Notes: generated by a model from the letters alone, not told the origin. 64,000 nt of DNA from an uncultured Aminicenantes bacterium (GCA_965195285.1 CBDAFS010000007.1:30785-94784); one strand, 5' to 3'; positions 20,956-30,585 are shown, counted from the first letter of the stretch. Made by a program: numbers and translations.

Positions 20956-21036
20956 AGTTAAGAGCACAGAGTTTAGAGTTAAAAAGCGGAGTATACAGCT
21001 TTGCTTAACTCTTGCCTCTTAACTCCATACTCTTAA
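20956..21036. repeat. heptamer tandem-repeat hairpin between convergent genes (probable bidirectional terminator)
   Basis: AGTTAAG-AGCACAG-AGTTTAG-AGTTAAA ... CTTAACT-CTTGCCT-CTTAACT-CCATACT; the two arms are reverse-complementary. Confidence 0.7.
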
Positions 21037-22547
21037 TATCCCGCCATCTCCACCACGGCGACAAAAATCAATTGAGCCAGGTCTTCCATGATTTCCGGTG
21101 TGATGATATCCGGAGTATCTAGGGTCTTATGATAAACCGAATAGGGAAGTTCATCACCACCATAGCTTGAAAATGAAATAGTAGGAATACCGGCCCACAT
21201 GAAGCGAGAGGCATCTAATCGTGGCCTGGCCAGGTTATGAAAATGTTCGGCAGTAATGACCCGGTGAACAAATTGTTGATTTGCCCTTTTCAAATACTGC
21301 CAGATTTGTGGATAATTTTGTGCCGCCAGGGCCTCTATCTTTCTCCCCCTGCCAACCCCGTCCATATTAATGAAAGCCATGACCTTTTTATGGGGCACCA
21401 ACGGGTGTTTTAAATAAAATTGAGATCCGACCACTCCCTGTTCTTCTGCTCCAAACAGAATAAAAATAATGGTCCGTTTCAGGGAAAAGGGCAATCTGGA
21501 TAAAGCTTCTGCAACACCCAGCACCACAGCCACTCCCGATGCATTGTCATTGGCCCCGGGCATGAGCAGATGGTTACAGCCCACATGATCCAGATGAGCC
21601 CCGATGATGATGGCCTCCCCTTTCTTTTCCGGGTCTTGGCCTTTCAGTATTCCGATCACGTTGTAGGCGGTGCCATCGGGATGATGTTCGGTATTATTTT
21701 TTAAGGTAAGAATTTTGCCAGTGGCAAAAGACTGGGGTTTTCGGTTATTCTGAATTTTTTTTTTGACCTGTTTAAGGGTTTTTCCGGTTCCCAGAAAGAT
21801 ATCATTGATCATGGCAGGACCGGCATAAGTCAGAATAAACTTTTCAATAAATTGACAATTCGGATTGGCGATATGATAATTATATAGCATACCGGCCACC
21901 CCGTGTTCTTTGGCATTTTTTACCTTGTATTGGTGAAACGAATAATCCCGCCATTTTTTGAATTCTTCAGGCTCTTTCTCAGGGAACACCGGGGCTTCAC
22001 GTTCCATCAATACAATTTTCCCCTTAACATCAAGACCTTTGTATTCATCGAACCCAAGTTCCGGAGCGGTTATACCGTATCCCACGTATATCACTTCGGC
22101 GGTCACTTCACCGCTGTCTGAAGTGGAACCCGGAATAAAATCTTTTTCATAGATATAGGGTTTCAGAAGGATTTGATTGTCTGCTACTGGAATATGGAGA
22201 ATGGCTTCGGAGCCTTCAAAAACCAGAGTATAGGGATTTGGAAAGGCCTGAAAGTAAGTATGGTCATCTCCACCGGGTTTTATTCCCATTTTTTTCAGTA
22301 ATCCGCTGACCCATCTGGTCGCCGCATTGTATCCTTCCGTACCGGTTAAGCGGCCCCCGTATTTTTCCGAACACAATTCCTTAACATAAGCGAATAAATC
22401 ATGACTGGAAATCGAATGCATCCCGGAAATGACCTGTTGTTTTATATCAATCTGATTTTTTTTGGCCTGAAGTGGCGAAAAAAAGCCAATATAAATGACC
22501 AAAAGCATGGCCAGAAAACCAGTCAATTTGTTAAATGTTTTTTTCAT
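21033..22547 (-). CDS. secreted M28 family aminopeptidase with PA domain
   Basis: Signal peptide; GAHLDH, GANDNASG, AEEQG, NMDGVG, YHKTLDT; PA insert (YVGYGI..D.Y.GLDVKGKIV). Confidence 0.9.
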   Translation of the reverse strand: MKKTFNKLTGFLAMLLVIYIGFFSPLQAKKNQIDIKQQVISGMHSISSHDLFAYVKELCSEKYGGRLTGTEGYNAATRWVSGLLKKMGIKPGGDDHTYFQAFPNPYTLVFEGSEAILHIPVADNQILLKPYIYEKDFIPGSTSDSGEVTAEVIYVGYGITAPELGFDEYKGLDVKGKIVLMEREAPVFPEKEPEEFKKWRDYSFHQYKVKNAKEHGVAGMLYNYHIANPNCQFIEKFILTYAGPAMINDIFLGTGKTLKQVKKKIQNNRKPQSFATGKILTLKNNTEHHPDGTAYNVIGILKGQDPEKKGEAIIIGAHLDHVGCNHLLMPGANDNASGVAVVLGVAEALSRLPFSLKRTIIFILFGAEEQGVVGSQFYLKHPLVPHKKVMAFINMDGVGRGRKIEALAAQNYPQIWQYLKRANQQFVHRVITAEHFHNLARPRLDASRFMWAGIPTISFSSYGGDELPYSVYHKTLDTPDIITPEIMEDLAQLIFVAVVEMAGY

Positions 22548-22573
22548 ACTGCCTCCTTGGTAATGTTTTGAAT

Positions 22574-23482
22574 TTATTTCAATTTATTGAGCCTTTTTCC
22601 TTGAAAGGTATGGCTGTTTTTCATTCGGGTTTTAATGGCATTGATGGTTTCGGCTTTTTGAAGGGCCCAGACTGGTTTATGAAAAAGTTCTCTTTCTCTT
22701 TCTCCAGTAAGACGGTGGATTACAATCGAGGGATCAAGATGTTCCAAAAGACATACAATGATATCGATATATTCTTCAAATGACATAAGCCGGAACTGTT
22801 GGTTTTGGTATAAGTAAAAAAGGGGGGTGTTTTTCAATACATGAAAAAGGTGAAATTTAATTCCGGCAGGTTGTAAACGATTCATCTCTTTAATGGTTTC
22901 CAGCATGTCTCCGGTTGTTTCTCCGGGGATGCCAACGATTAAATGAACAACCACATCAATTTGTAGCCGTTTCAGTTGCTGAAAAACATCTAAGAAATGA
23001 GAATAACTGTGGTTACGGTTTAAGAATTTCAAGCTCTTTTCATGAATTGATTGTAAACCCAGTTCAATTGTGAAGTAAATCTCCTTATTCAATTTCTCCA
23101 GCAGCGGAAAGGCCTCCGTTTTGATGGCATCCGGACGGGTTCCGATAAAAAATCCCACAATATCCGGGTATGAAAAAATAACCGAATACTTGCTTTTCAA
23201 CACGGATATCGGAGCATGGGTATTGGTGTGGGCCTGATAATAGGCGATATATTTAATTCCCGGGTTGGCCTGAATAAAATGTTCGATTTGACCTTCGATG
23301 CTCAGCCCATAGGTTTTTATAGGTCCGGAACCATATTCATCGCAAAAAATACAGCCCTGATCGGAAAGCGTACCATCTTTATTGGGGCATTTAAACCCCG
23401 CATTAATGGGAATTTTTCTGACTTTTTGTTTACCGAACTTTGTCTTTAAAAAGGTATTAAAGGAATAATAAGGTTCATTCAT
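22574..23482 (-). CDS. TIGR01212 (YhcC/YtqA-like) radical SAM protein
   Basis: GFKCPNKDG....GCIFC, GTRPD, ELGLQS, IVIHRLTG. Confidence 0.9.
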   Translation of the reverse strand: MNEPYYSFNTFLKTKFGKQKVRKIPINAGFKCPNKDGTLSDQGCIFCDEYGSGPIKTYGLSIEGQIEHFIQANPGIKYIAYYQAHTNTHAPISVLKSKYSVIFSYPDIVGFFIGTRPDAIKTEAFPLLEKLNKEIYFTIELGLQSIHEKSLKFLNRNHSYSHFLDVFQQLKRLQIDVVVHLIVGIPGETTGDMLETIKEMNRLQPAGIKFHLFHVLKNTPLFYLYQNQQFRLMSFEEYIDIIVCLLEHLDPSIVIHRLTGERERELFHKPVWALQKAETINAIKTRMKNSHTFQGKRLNKLK

Positions 23483-23843
23483 TCAGCAGGGAAATGATTT
23501 TTTCATATAGTAAGTTCAGGATGAGAGGCTTTATAAAATAGGCATCTACATATTCACTTTCCAGAAAATCGGAAAGCTCTCCGCCTTTATAGACACCGGA
23601 AATGACAATGATCGGTATTTTGTGTTGGGTTTTTATGATTTTAACCAGATCAATTCCATGAATTCCGGGAAGCAGCAGATCGGTTATCAATATATCCGCA
23701 TGTTCGGTTTTGATGATTTCCAAGGCCCTTGATCCGGTTTCGGCCACCAGGGTGTTGAAATGTCTTTCTTCTAAAAAATCCTTTAACAAATATAACACAT
23801 CTGAATCGTCATCAACAATTAGAATGGTTTTTTTATCAGCCAT
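23475..23843 (-). CDS. single-domain response regulator receiver
   Basis: ILIVDDD, ITDLLLP, IIVISG, IKP. Start moved to MADKK (23843), overlapping the upstream stop. Confidence 0.88.
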   Translation of the reverse strand: MADKKTILIVDDDSDVLYLLKDFLEERHFNTLVAETGSRALEIIKTEHADILITDLLLPGIHGIDLVKIIKTQHKIPIIVISGVYKGGELSDFLESEYVDAYFIKPLILNLLYEKIISLLNE

Positions 23844-24384
23844 TTTTGATTTCCTTATAAATTTTGTAATATTCTCCGAACGACCAGAGTAAAAAACTGA
23901 ATACCAATGCAATGGCAAACCGTTTGAGGATTTCAAGGTTCAGTGATGGATTTAAATCGATCACATAGAACAAGATTAAGATACTCAATCCGCCAAAGGT
24001 TACCTTTCCGATAATAATGGAAGACTTTATCGAATGTGATTTACGGTAAACAATGAAGCTGGCCAGTAAAATGAAAAAATCCCTGATAATGATAAAAACA
24101 GCCAGCCATATCGGGAAGCGGGCAGTGATCATGAACGCAACCACTAGAAAAAAAATCAGAAGTTTGTCTGCCAGAGGATCCAGAATTTTTCCCAGCTTGG
24201 TTTCCTGATGAAATCTTCGAGCGATAAATCCGTCCATGAAATCCAGTAAAACAGTAAAAAAATAGGCAGAGATCAACATGGGATAAATTTCGGGGGAAAA
24301 ATTTAAAATTAGCAGGAAGAGTACCGGAATCATGGCAATTCTCAACAGACTCATGCTGTTGGGAACATTCAGCACCTTTTCCAT
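23836..24384 (-). CDS. CDP-alcohol phosphatidyltransferase (PgsA/cardiolipin synthase-like)
   Basis: PN..SLLR, DFMDGFIARR..QETKLGKILDPLADK signature. Confidence 0.9.
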   Translation of the reverse strand: MEKVLNVPNSMSLLRIAMIPVLFLLILNFSPEIYPMLISAYFFTVLLDFMDGFIARRFHQETKLGKILDPLADKLLIFFLVVAFMITARFPIWLAVFIIIRDFFILLASFIVYRKSHSIKSSIIIGKVTFGGLSILILFYVIDLNPSLNLEILKRFAIALVFSFLLWSFGEYYKIYKEIKNG

Positions 24385-24545
24385 ACCATTAAAATAGCCT
24401 ATTTTGTTAAAAAAATCAATAGCAGGAGTCAGGGGGAGAATGTGCCTATTTGTTTTAAAATCTTTTTAGTTTGACATATTTATAAAGGGAAGGTATATAA
24501 TGGGTGGAATTATTTTTCATTTTAAGAATTAAAAAAGGAGGGAAA

Positions 24546-25349
24546 ATGAAAAGATTTGGATATTTATCAATATTGATTGTATTCTTGACCGTCTCCTCAT
24601 TTGCCGGGGTGGAATGGGTAAGTAAAATTACCACCACGGACAATAAAAAAAGTAAGGACAGTGAGATGACTTCCCAGGTCTATGCTCAGGATGGAGATGT
24701 AAAGCAGGTTTTTAAGAATGTTTCCAAAAGTAAACGCAATGTATATGTAGAGGAAGGTTACTGGTTGTACAAGGGCCACGAGAAAATGATGTATATTGTG
24801 AATGACAAAGAAAAAACCGTAACTCCTGTATCGTTGGACTATTTACTTCAAATGATGGGTGTTGTAGGACAGTTGATACAAATCAATATCTCCGATCAAC
24901 AAGTTGATGTTGAAGCGTTAAACCAGGAAAAGGTGCTGGGTTATCTGTGTAATCATATACGAATCACATCAGACTATACCATGAATATGAAAATCACCAT
25001 TATAAAAAAAACCATGATGATAAACGAAGTTAAGGAAATCTGGGCCAGTCCCAATATCAAACATCTCGAGGAGATCAATCAGGCTTTCTTAAATAAAGAT
25101 TTTAGAACCGGTTTTGAGGATTTGGATAAAATGATTAATAAGGAAATGAAACTGATGAAAAAAATTGGTTTTCCTTTGAAGATCATCACCCATAACATTC
25201 AGAAAAACAAAAAGGGTAAGGTGAAAAGTGATTCGACCACCACCATGGAAGTGATAAAAATAAATCCCAAAAGTTTTCCTAAATCTTTTTTTGAAATTCC
25301 CAAAGATTACCAGGAAGTGGAAGTTTCCACTGGTCCAAATCTTTATTAA
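24546..25349 (+). CDS. secreted DUF4412-like protein
   Basis: AAGGAGG SD before ATG 24546; signal peptide; EKVLGYLC, GFPLK, FEIPKDY motifs; TTGACA-17-TATATA upstream. Confidence 0.7.
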   Translation: MKRFGYLSILIVFLTVSSFAGVEWVSKITTTDNKKSKDSEMTSQVYAQDGDVKQVFKNVSKSKRNVYVEEGYWLYKGHEKMMYIVNDKEKTVTPVSLDYLLQMMGVVGQLIQINISDQQVDVEALNQEKVLGYLCNHIRITSDYTMNMKITIIKKTMMINEVKEIWASPNIKHLEEINQAFLNKDFRTGFEDLDKMINKEMKLMKKIGFPLKIITHNIQKNKKGKVKSDSTTTMEVIKINPKSFPKSFFEIPKDYQEVEVSTGPNLY

Positions 25350-25415
25350 TTCAATATCCACTTTTCCCGATCCTGCAGGAACTGGTTGTGTTATAATTTT
25401 TTCAGGAGTTATCTT

Positions 25416-25562
25416 ATGCTTGATGGACTATCCAAACTCTTTGCCGGAGAGTATGGTATCAACGGATTATTGGTGGGAGGATTACTGGTTGTATTTGGGA
25501 TTATCATTATCCTAATCACAATTCAATTGAGCAAGAAAAGGAAGAAGAAAGAGAAGAGTTAA
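25416..25562 (+). CDS. 48-aa single-pass membrane protein (not in ORF track)
   Basis: Extended -10 TGTTATAAT and AGGAG SD, then MLDGLSKLFAGEYGINGLLVGGLLVVFGIIIILITIQLSKKRKKKEKS. Confidence 0.7.
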   Translation: MLDGLSKLFAGEYGINGLLVGGLLVVFGIIIILITIQLSKKRKKKEKS

Positions 25563-25719
25563 CTCTTGTATTGTGGAAATGTGGAAAGGAGGGTGGAAAA
25601 GGGAAAGATTCGCATTTTTAACATTCATTTCAAAAGATGTGAAAAAATATTACCTGTTCCAGAGATTATTCTTGGGGAAGCTGGACACAGATTTCCCTGT
25701 TCATCCAGTCTGAGAGTGG

Positions 25720-25779
25720 TCACGCTGAGATAAATATGAATAACAATAATAAAAATAGCAAAATAAAAAATTTTTTCAT
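25720..25779 (-). other. 19-codon signal-peptide-like mini-ORF (small protein or truncated gene)
   Basis: GGAG SD; MKKFFILLFLLLLFIFISA then TGA; ECF-type promoter upstream. Confidence 0.45.
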
Positions 25780-25806
25780 GTCATCTCCAATATATATATT
25801 CTTTGA

Positions 25807-25833
25807 GACGCTTTATCGGTCCATATCGTTTCA
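25807..25833 (-). promoter_or_regulatory. ECF sigma-type promoter
   Basis: TGAAAC-N17-CGTC, matching the SigM/SigW-like ECF consensus. Confidence 0.5.
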
Positions 25834-25931
25834 AACCGATTTTTTCTGATTAAAAAAATTTACGAAAAAAGGAACTTCATTCAAATTAAGTTTAAAATAG
25901 TTTATAATGAATTTGACAAGGAGGTTATGAG

Positions 25932-27605
25932 ATGAAAAAAATATTAATTTCTCTGGTTATCGGTCTGTTAATCGGAGCGGTGGTGGTATTTTTTATCTTT
26001 CACGAAACCACTCCGCAGAAAATCGAGTCCGTGGATAAAAATAGTTTCTATGAAGTCACATCCAAACTGAATCTGGGGGGGAATCTGTATTATTACCTGA
26101 GTACGGAACAGGTTATCCAGAAGATAGAAGAATTTGGCGCCAAAATGAGGAAAATTCTGGAAAGCCAGACAACCAAAATCCAAACCGATGGAATCAAACC
26201 GCTACAAGTTTATGATATTGTTTTTCGGTTCTTAAAAAACAGCGGCCTAATGGAAATCAGTGGTGCTGGCATGAGCTCTATTGCGATTGGCGAGAACCTA
26301 AATCACAGTATTTTTGTACTTCATCATTATCCCGATAAGGGAGATGGACTCATCTGGAACCTGATGGATGCCAGACCGCATGAACAGATGGAGTTGAAAA
26401 TGCTCCCGGTCAATACAGTCATGGCGGGTTTTACCGATCTAAAACTGAAATCTCTATGGAACTGGATAAAAAAGGAAGTGGATGCAAGCAATATACCGGA
26501 ACTTAAAAAAGGAATTCTTTCCCTGGAGCCGATGCTGAAATCTCAGGGAATTGAACTGGAAAAATTGCTGGCCTCATTATCCGGAAGGGCCGGGATGGTT
26601 TTATGCCTGGATGAAGAGAAGATGAGCCGCATACCCATGGGCCCGATTGCCGCCGATATCCCCAATCCGGATTTTGCCCTGGTATTCTCCGTGAATGACA
26701 CATACATTTTTGATCTGCTGCAAAAAATGATACCCCCTGCCCCGAATAAAGGAAAAGTGGTTGAAAAGAAAATAGTTATTCCGGTTCCGCCCCTACCCTT
26801 TCCCATCAAACCCGTAATTTGGCAGAGAGAAAATCTGCTTTTTTTTGCCAGCAATGAATCAATGGTTGAGTCTATGTTTGCTGCCCAGAAGGGAGATAAT
26901 AGCCTGTTTAAGACCGAAGAATTTAAAAAATTGTCTGCTTACATGCCCCCAAAAGGGAACAGCTTCAGATTTGTCAGCTCCAGGTTGTTTCATCTCTTTC
27001 TGGAAATTCAGCAAAAAACAGTTCAGGCATCTGGGAAATCCATGGGAAAAGATCTGGCCCTAAAACAATTGTTTGACCTGTTTCCCAAAGATCTGTCCAT
27101 GTTTGAAGTGACCCAGAAAAATAGCGATGGAATGGTAGTCACTGTCAATCACGAACTCGGTTTTGAATTCATTGCTCTGCTTCCGGCTTCGGCTCTGGTT
27201 GGAGTAATCGGAGCGGTGGCGATTCCCAATTTGCTGTCAGCCAAGCAGAAGGGGGAACAAAAGACAACCATATCAAACATGAAGATGATTTCCGTTGCCA
27301 TTGACATGTATTTAGTGGATAATGGCACTCCCCCTCAGGGCAATACCCTTGAGGAAATCAAGGCCAAGCTGGAACCCTTTTATATAAAATCCCTGCCCAT
27401 AAAGGATGGATGGGGAAATGATTTTGTCTATCAATTTATTAGCAAATCGGGAAATCATATTTATTTTGTGGGATCAGCAGGCCGAGACGGTATTTTTGAT
27501 GGATTTGAACAGAGTGGTTTTTATGAAATTACCCAAATCAATGACTTTAACAGAGACATTATCATAAAAGACGGGGAGATCGTATACGGTCCCCGGATGA
27601 ATTAA
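25932..27605 (+). CDS. membrane-anchored protein: large N-terminal domain plus C-terminal type IV pilin/GspG module
   Basis: N-terminal TM; G|FEFIALLPASALVGVIGAVAIPNLL at residue 410/411; AIDMYLVDNG, DGWGNDFVY, SAGRDGIF. Confidence 0.8.
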   Translation: MKKILISLVIGLLIGAVVVFFIFHETTPQKIESVDKNSFYEVTSKLNLGGNLYYYLSTEQVIQKIEEFGAKMRKILESQTTKIQTDGIKPLQVYDIVFRFLKNSGLMEISGAGMSSIAIGENLNHSIFVLHHYPDKGDGLIWNLMDARPHEQMELKMLPVNTVMAGFTDLKLKSLWNWIKKEVDASNIPELKKGILSLEPMLKSQGIELEKLLASLSGRAGMVLCLDEEKMSRIPMGPIAADIPNPDFALVFSVNDTYIFDLLQKMIPPAPNKGKVVEKKIVIPVPPLPFPIKPVIWQRENLLFFASNESMVESMFAAQKGDNSLFKTEEFKKLSAYMPPKGNSFRFVSSRLFHLFLEIQQKTVQASGKSMGKDLALKQLFDLFPKDLSMFEVTQKNSDGMVVTVNHELGFEFIALLPASALVGVIGAVAIPNLLSAKQKGEQKTTISNMKMISVAIDMYLVDNGTPPQGNTLEEIKAKLEPFYIKSLPIKDGWGNDFVYQFISKSGNHIYFVGSAGRDGIFDGFEQSGFYEITQINDFNRDIIIKDGEIVYGPRMN

Positions 27606-27696
27606 CAAGGCCAGCAAAAGAGAACCGAAATAATTTTGAACGAAAAACAAAAATCTTAAAAAGGGGAAATAGATCCAATAAAATAGAGGGTAAAAA

Positions 27697-28674
27697 ATGA
27701 AAGTAAGTATTGTTTTTTTAATTGGTTCTCTTCTTTTTTTAGCTGCCTGCAGCCCGCATATTCATCTTGATTTTTTAGGCAAGCAAAAAATCCAGGAAGT
27801 GGTGTTGATGGATAGTGAAGAAAAGGAAAAAATAGTGGTTCTGGACTTGACCGGAACCATCAAAACAACCAGTGATTCGGGGATGCTGAATCGGGAGGGA
27901 GATCTGGTTTCCCGTATATACTTTCGCCTGAAAACAGCAGCTGAAGATCCGCTGGTGAAAGGAATTATCTTAAGGCTTGACACACCGGGGGGTGAAATAA
28001 CCGCCAGCGATATCATTTATCATGAGATTCTACGTTTCAGACAAAAAAGTCGGATACCGGTCGTGGCCCTGATGATGGGAGTGGCGGCTTCCGGCGGGTA
28101 TTATGTGGCTTCTGCCTGTGATTATATTATTGCCCATCCTACAACTATTACCGGTAGTATTGGTGTAATTGCCATCCTGCCCAATTTCAATCTCACCCTG
28201 TCCCGGCTGGGCATTAAGATGAATGTCATCAAATCAGGTAGCATGAAAGATGCAGGCAGTCCCTACCGGGAAATGACATTTGAGGAAAAAGCCCATTTTC
28301 AAACATTGATTAATGCCATGTATCAGAAATTTCTCCAGGTTATCTACCAAAGCCGGAAAGATAAATTATCCCTGGAAGAAATTGAAGCCTTGGCTGATGG
28401 CCGGGTTTATATGGCTCAAAAAGCACTTGAGTTGAAACTGATCGATGAAATCGGTTACTTCGAATCTGCTCTTAAAAAGGCCCTGTCACTGGCTAAACTA
28501 AGGGAAGCCACGGTCATAGCCTATTCTTACTACCCGCTTCGTAAAACCAATATCTATGCGCGCCCCGGCCTTGATGAAAATCCATTAAAGATGGAAATCA
28601 AGGGCTTGGATTATCTGCTGCCCACCTTGAAGCCCGGTATATATTATTTGTGGCTGCCCACGGTGGATGAATAG
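27697..28674 (+). CDS. sppA: signal peptide peptidase SppA (S49), lipoprotein
   Basis: LAAC lipobox; LRLDTPGG, AASGGYY, TGSIGV, KSGSMKD, ADGRVY. Confidence 0.9.
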   Translation: MKVSIVFLIGSLLFLAACSPHIHLDFLGKQKIQEVVLMDSEEKEKIVVLDLTGTIKTTSDSGMLNREGDLVSRIYFRLKTAAEDPLVKGIILRLDTPGGEITASDIIYHEILRFRQKSRIPVVALMMGVAASGGYYVASACDYIIAHPTTITGSIGVIAILPNFNLTLSRLGIKMNVIKSGSMKDAGSPYREMTFEEKAHFQTLINAMYQKFLQVIYQSRKDKLSLEEIEALADGRVYMAQKALELKLIDEIGYFESALKKALSLAKLREATVIAYSYYPLRKTNIYARPGLDENPLKMEIKGLDYLLPTLKPGIYYLWLPTVDE

Positions 28675-29528
28675 ATTGGGTTTACTGTATTATATAGTGC
28701 CGAGTAGTCTTGCTCGGAATAACCCGCCTGGATGGTGCGGGATAAAATATCTGCCATTTCATTCAATGGGCCTGTTTCGATTTCTCGAGCTTTGAATTCA
28801 TCGAGTATCAAATTCAAATCCTTTAGCAGATGTTTCACCGGGAAATTAGGTTGCTGGAAATTTCGGTTCCGCATCCGGGTAAGTTTTTTATCAAAGGTGG
28901 GAGCATAAAGTGCACTATTTCTCAGAATATCCATGAATATATCGATACTGATGTTACTTTTTTCCAAATAACCCAGGCTCATGGAAAATGCGGTTGTTAA
29001 TGAGACAATCAACTGGTTGAGTGCCAATTTGGTGGCCATGGCCCGGCCAACCGGTCCCAGGTATTCAATTTTATTTCCGAAATGACTGAGCAGTTGAATC
29101 CATTTTTTATACTGAGCCTTGCTGCCCCCAAAAAGAACAATCAGGCTTCCGGATTCCACCTGGGGGATGCTTCCCATAACCGGTGCTTCCATGTAACGGG
29201 CGAGACGACTCTGAAAGACCGATTCCAATTGTACGGATTGTTGAGAAGACAGGGTGCTCATTTGAATGATGTCTTTGTCCTTGAAATTGATTGATTTATC
29301 CTTTATAAGGGTATCCCTTATAGCCAGATAATCAGCCAGCATGGTGATCAACAGATCAGATGATTCCACGGCCTCTCGAACAGATTTTGCCACGGTTACA
29401 TCCATTTTTTTAAAAAATTCTGTTTTCTCCTGAGTGCGATTATATACGGTTACATCATACCCAGCCCTAATCAGGCGCAAAGCCATGGGTTTGCCCATCA
29501 ATCCGGCACCAAAAAATGCAATTTTCAT
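28644..29528 (-). CDS. NAD(P)-dependent beta-hydroxyacid dehydrogenase (3-hydroxyisobutyrate/glyoxylate reductase family)
   Basis: GAGLMGKPMA, YNRT, EAPVMGS, KLALN, KDL. Confidence 0.9.
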   Translation of the reverse strand: MKIAFFGAGLMGKPMALRLIRAGYDVTVYNRTQEKTEFFKKMDVTVAKSVREAVESSDLLITMLADYLAIRDTLIKDKSINFKDKDIIQMSTLSSQQSVQLESVFQSRLARYMEAPVMGSIPQVESGSLIVLFGGSKAQYKKWIQLLSHFGNKIEYLGPVGRAMATKLALNQLIVSLTTAFSMSLGYLEKSNISIDIFMDILRNSALYAPTFDKKLTRMRNRNFQQPNFPVKHLLKDLNLILDEFKAREIETGPLNEMADILSRTIQAGYSEQDYSALYNTVNPIYSSTVGSHK

Positions 29529-29670
29529 GTCAACCTCTCATTCACATTGTAGGCACTAACCTCTATCAAATCAAGTACCAATACGTTCCGGAATTTTTAT
29601 TATTGTAATTTTTTTGGGGTTGGAGTAATATTGGAATTCATAAATAAAACCGTTTTTTACTGAGGTTAAG

Positions 29671-30585
29671 ATGAAAATTAATTTTGGCAAAATAATTATA
29701 ATACTGTTGGTATTGGGGATTATTAAGGGCTGTGAAAAAGCCCCCAGACCTGAAGTGGATGAGGAATATGTCAGACAGATCCAGCAGTGGCAAAAACAAA
29801 GGCTGGAAAAATTGAAATCTCCTGATAGCTGGTTGAGCCTGGCTGGATTATACTGGCTGGAAACAGGTGAAAATACCTTTGGCCGGGACTCTGAAAATGA
29901 TTTTATCATTGATAAAAAGGGTGTGTCCCCTCGTATCGGTGTGTTTATATTGGAGAACGAAACAGTTCGGTTTGAAACCTCAGCAGGAATAAAAGTCCTT
30001 TATCGGGGCCAACCCATCACGGAAATCAACCTGGAAGACGATTCCTGTGGAAATCCAACTCTCCTGGAATGGAGTTCTCTGAGCTGGTATATCATAAAGA
30101 GGGAAAAGCAATTAGGGGTTCGTTTGAAAGATGCCCGGCATCCCCGAATTCAACAATTAAAGCAAATCGATACTTTTCCTGTTGACAAAAACTGGAAAAT
30201 AAAAGTGGTTTTGGAGAGATATACCAAACCCCAGATTATGCAAATTCCAACTGTTCTGGGGACAGTTGAGCAACAGTCCTCCCCCGGGGTTTTGGTCTTT
30301 CAGATCGGGGGAAAGGAATATCGTTTGCATCCTGGCGGTAATGATGGAGATCTCTTTGTGATATTCGGAGACTTAACAAATACCCACGAGACTTATGGAG
30401 GAGGTCGCTATCTGGTGGTTGAAAAACCGGATGAAAAGGGAGAAACCTGGATCGATTTTAATCAGGCCTATAATCCTCCCTGTGTGTTTTCCCCGTTTGC
30501 CACTTGTCCGCTGCCACCTGAGGAGAATCAGCTTCCCCTTCGTATTATTGCCGGAGAAAAAATGGTAAAGGATTTTGCCCATTGA
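29671..30585 (+). CDS. DUF1684 family lipoprotein
   Basis: WLSLAGLYWL, F.D.TN..ETYGGGRYL, DFNQAYNPPC.F..FATCPLPP.EN.L. Confidence 0.85.
   Translation: MKINFGKIIIILLVLGIIKGCEKAPRPEVDEEYVRQIQQWQKQRLEKLKSPDSWLSLAGLYWLETGENTFGRDSENDFIIDKKGVSPRIGVFILENETVRFETSAGIKVLYRGQPITEINLEDDSCGNPTLLEWSSLSWYIIKREKQLGVRLKDARHPRIQQLKQIDTFPVDKNWKIKVVLERYTKPQIMQIPTVLGTVEQQSSPGVLVFQIGGKEYRLHPGGNDGDLFVIFGDLTNTHETYGGGRYLVVEKPDEKGETWIDFNQAYNPPCVFSPFATCPLPPEENQLPLRIIAGEKMVKDFAH

Noticed and set aside
25572-25606. GTGGAAA x3 as a datA-like DnaA-box cluster
   Set aside because: Each copy has two or more mismatches to TGTGGATAA and the spacing is irregular.
25669-25722. Selenocysteine readthrough of the mini-ORF TGA
   Set aside because: Only 17 further codons follow, with no convincing SECIS hairpin and no redox-motif context.
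25802-25840. H-type pseudoknot or terminator (TTTGAGACG/CGTTTCAAA and ATCGGT/ACCGAT)
   Set aside because: The same bases are explained more simply as a minus-strand ECF promoter, and the stems are short.
28831-28846. Second parS-like site TGTTTCACCGGGAAAT
   Set aside because: Only one half-site matches, it is not palindromic, and it lies inside a CDS.
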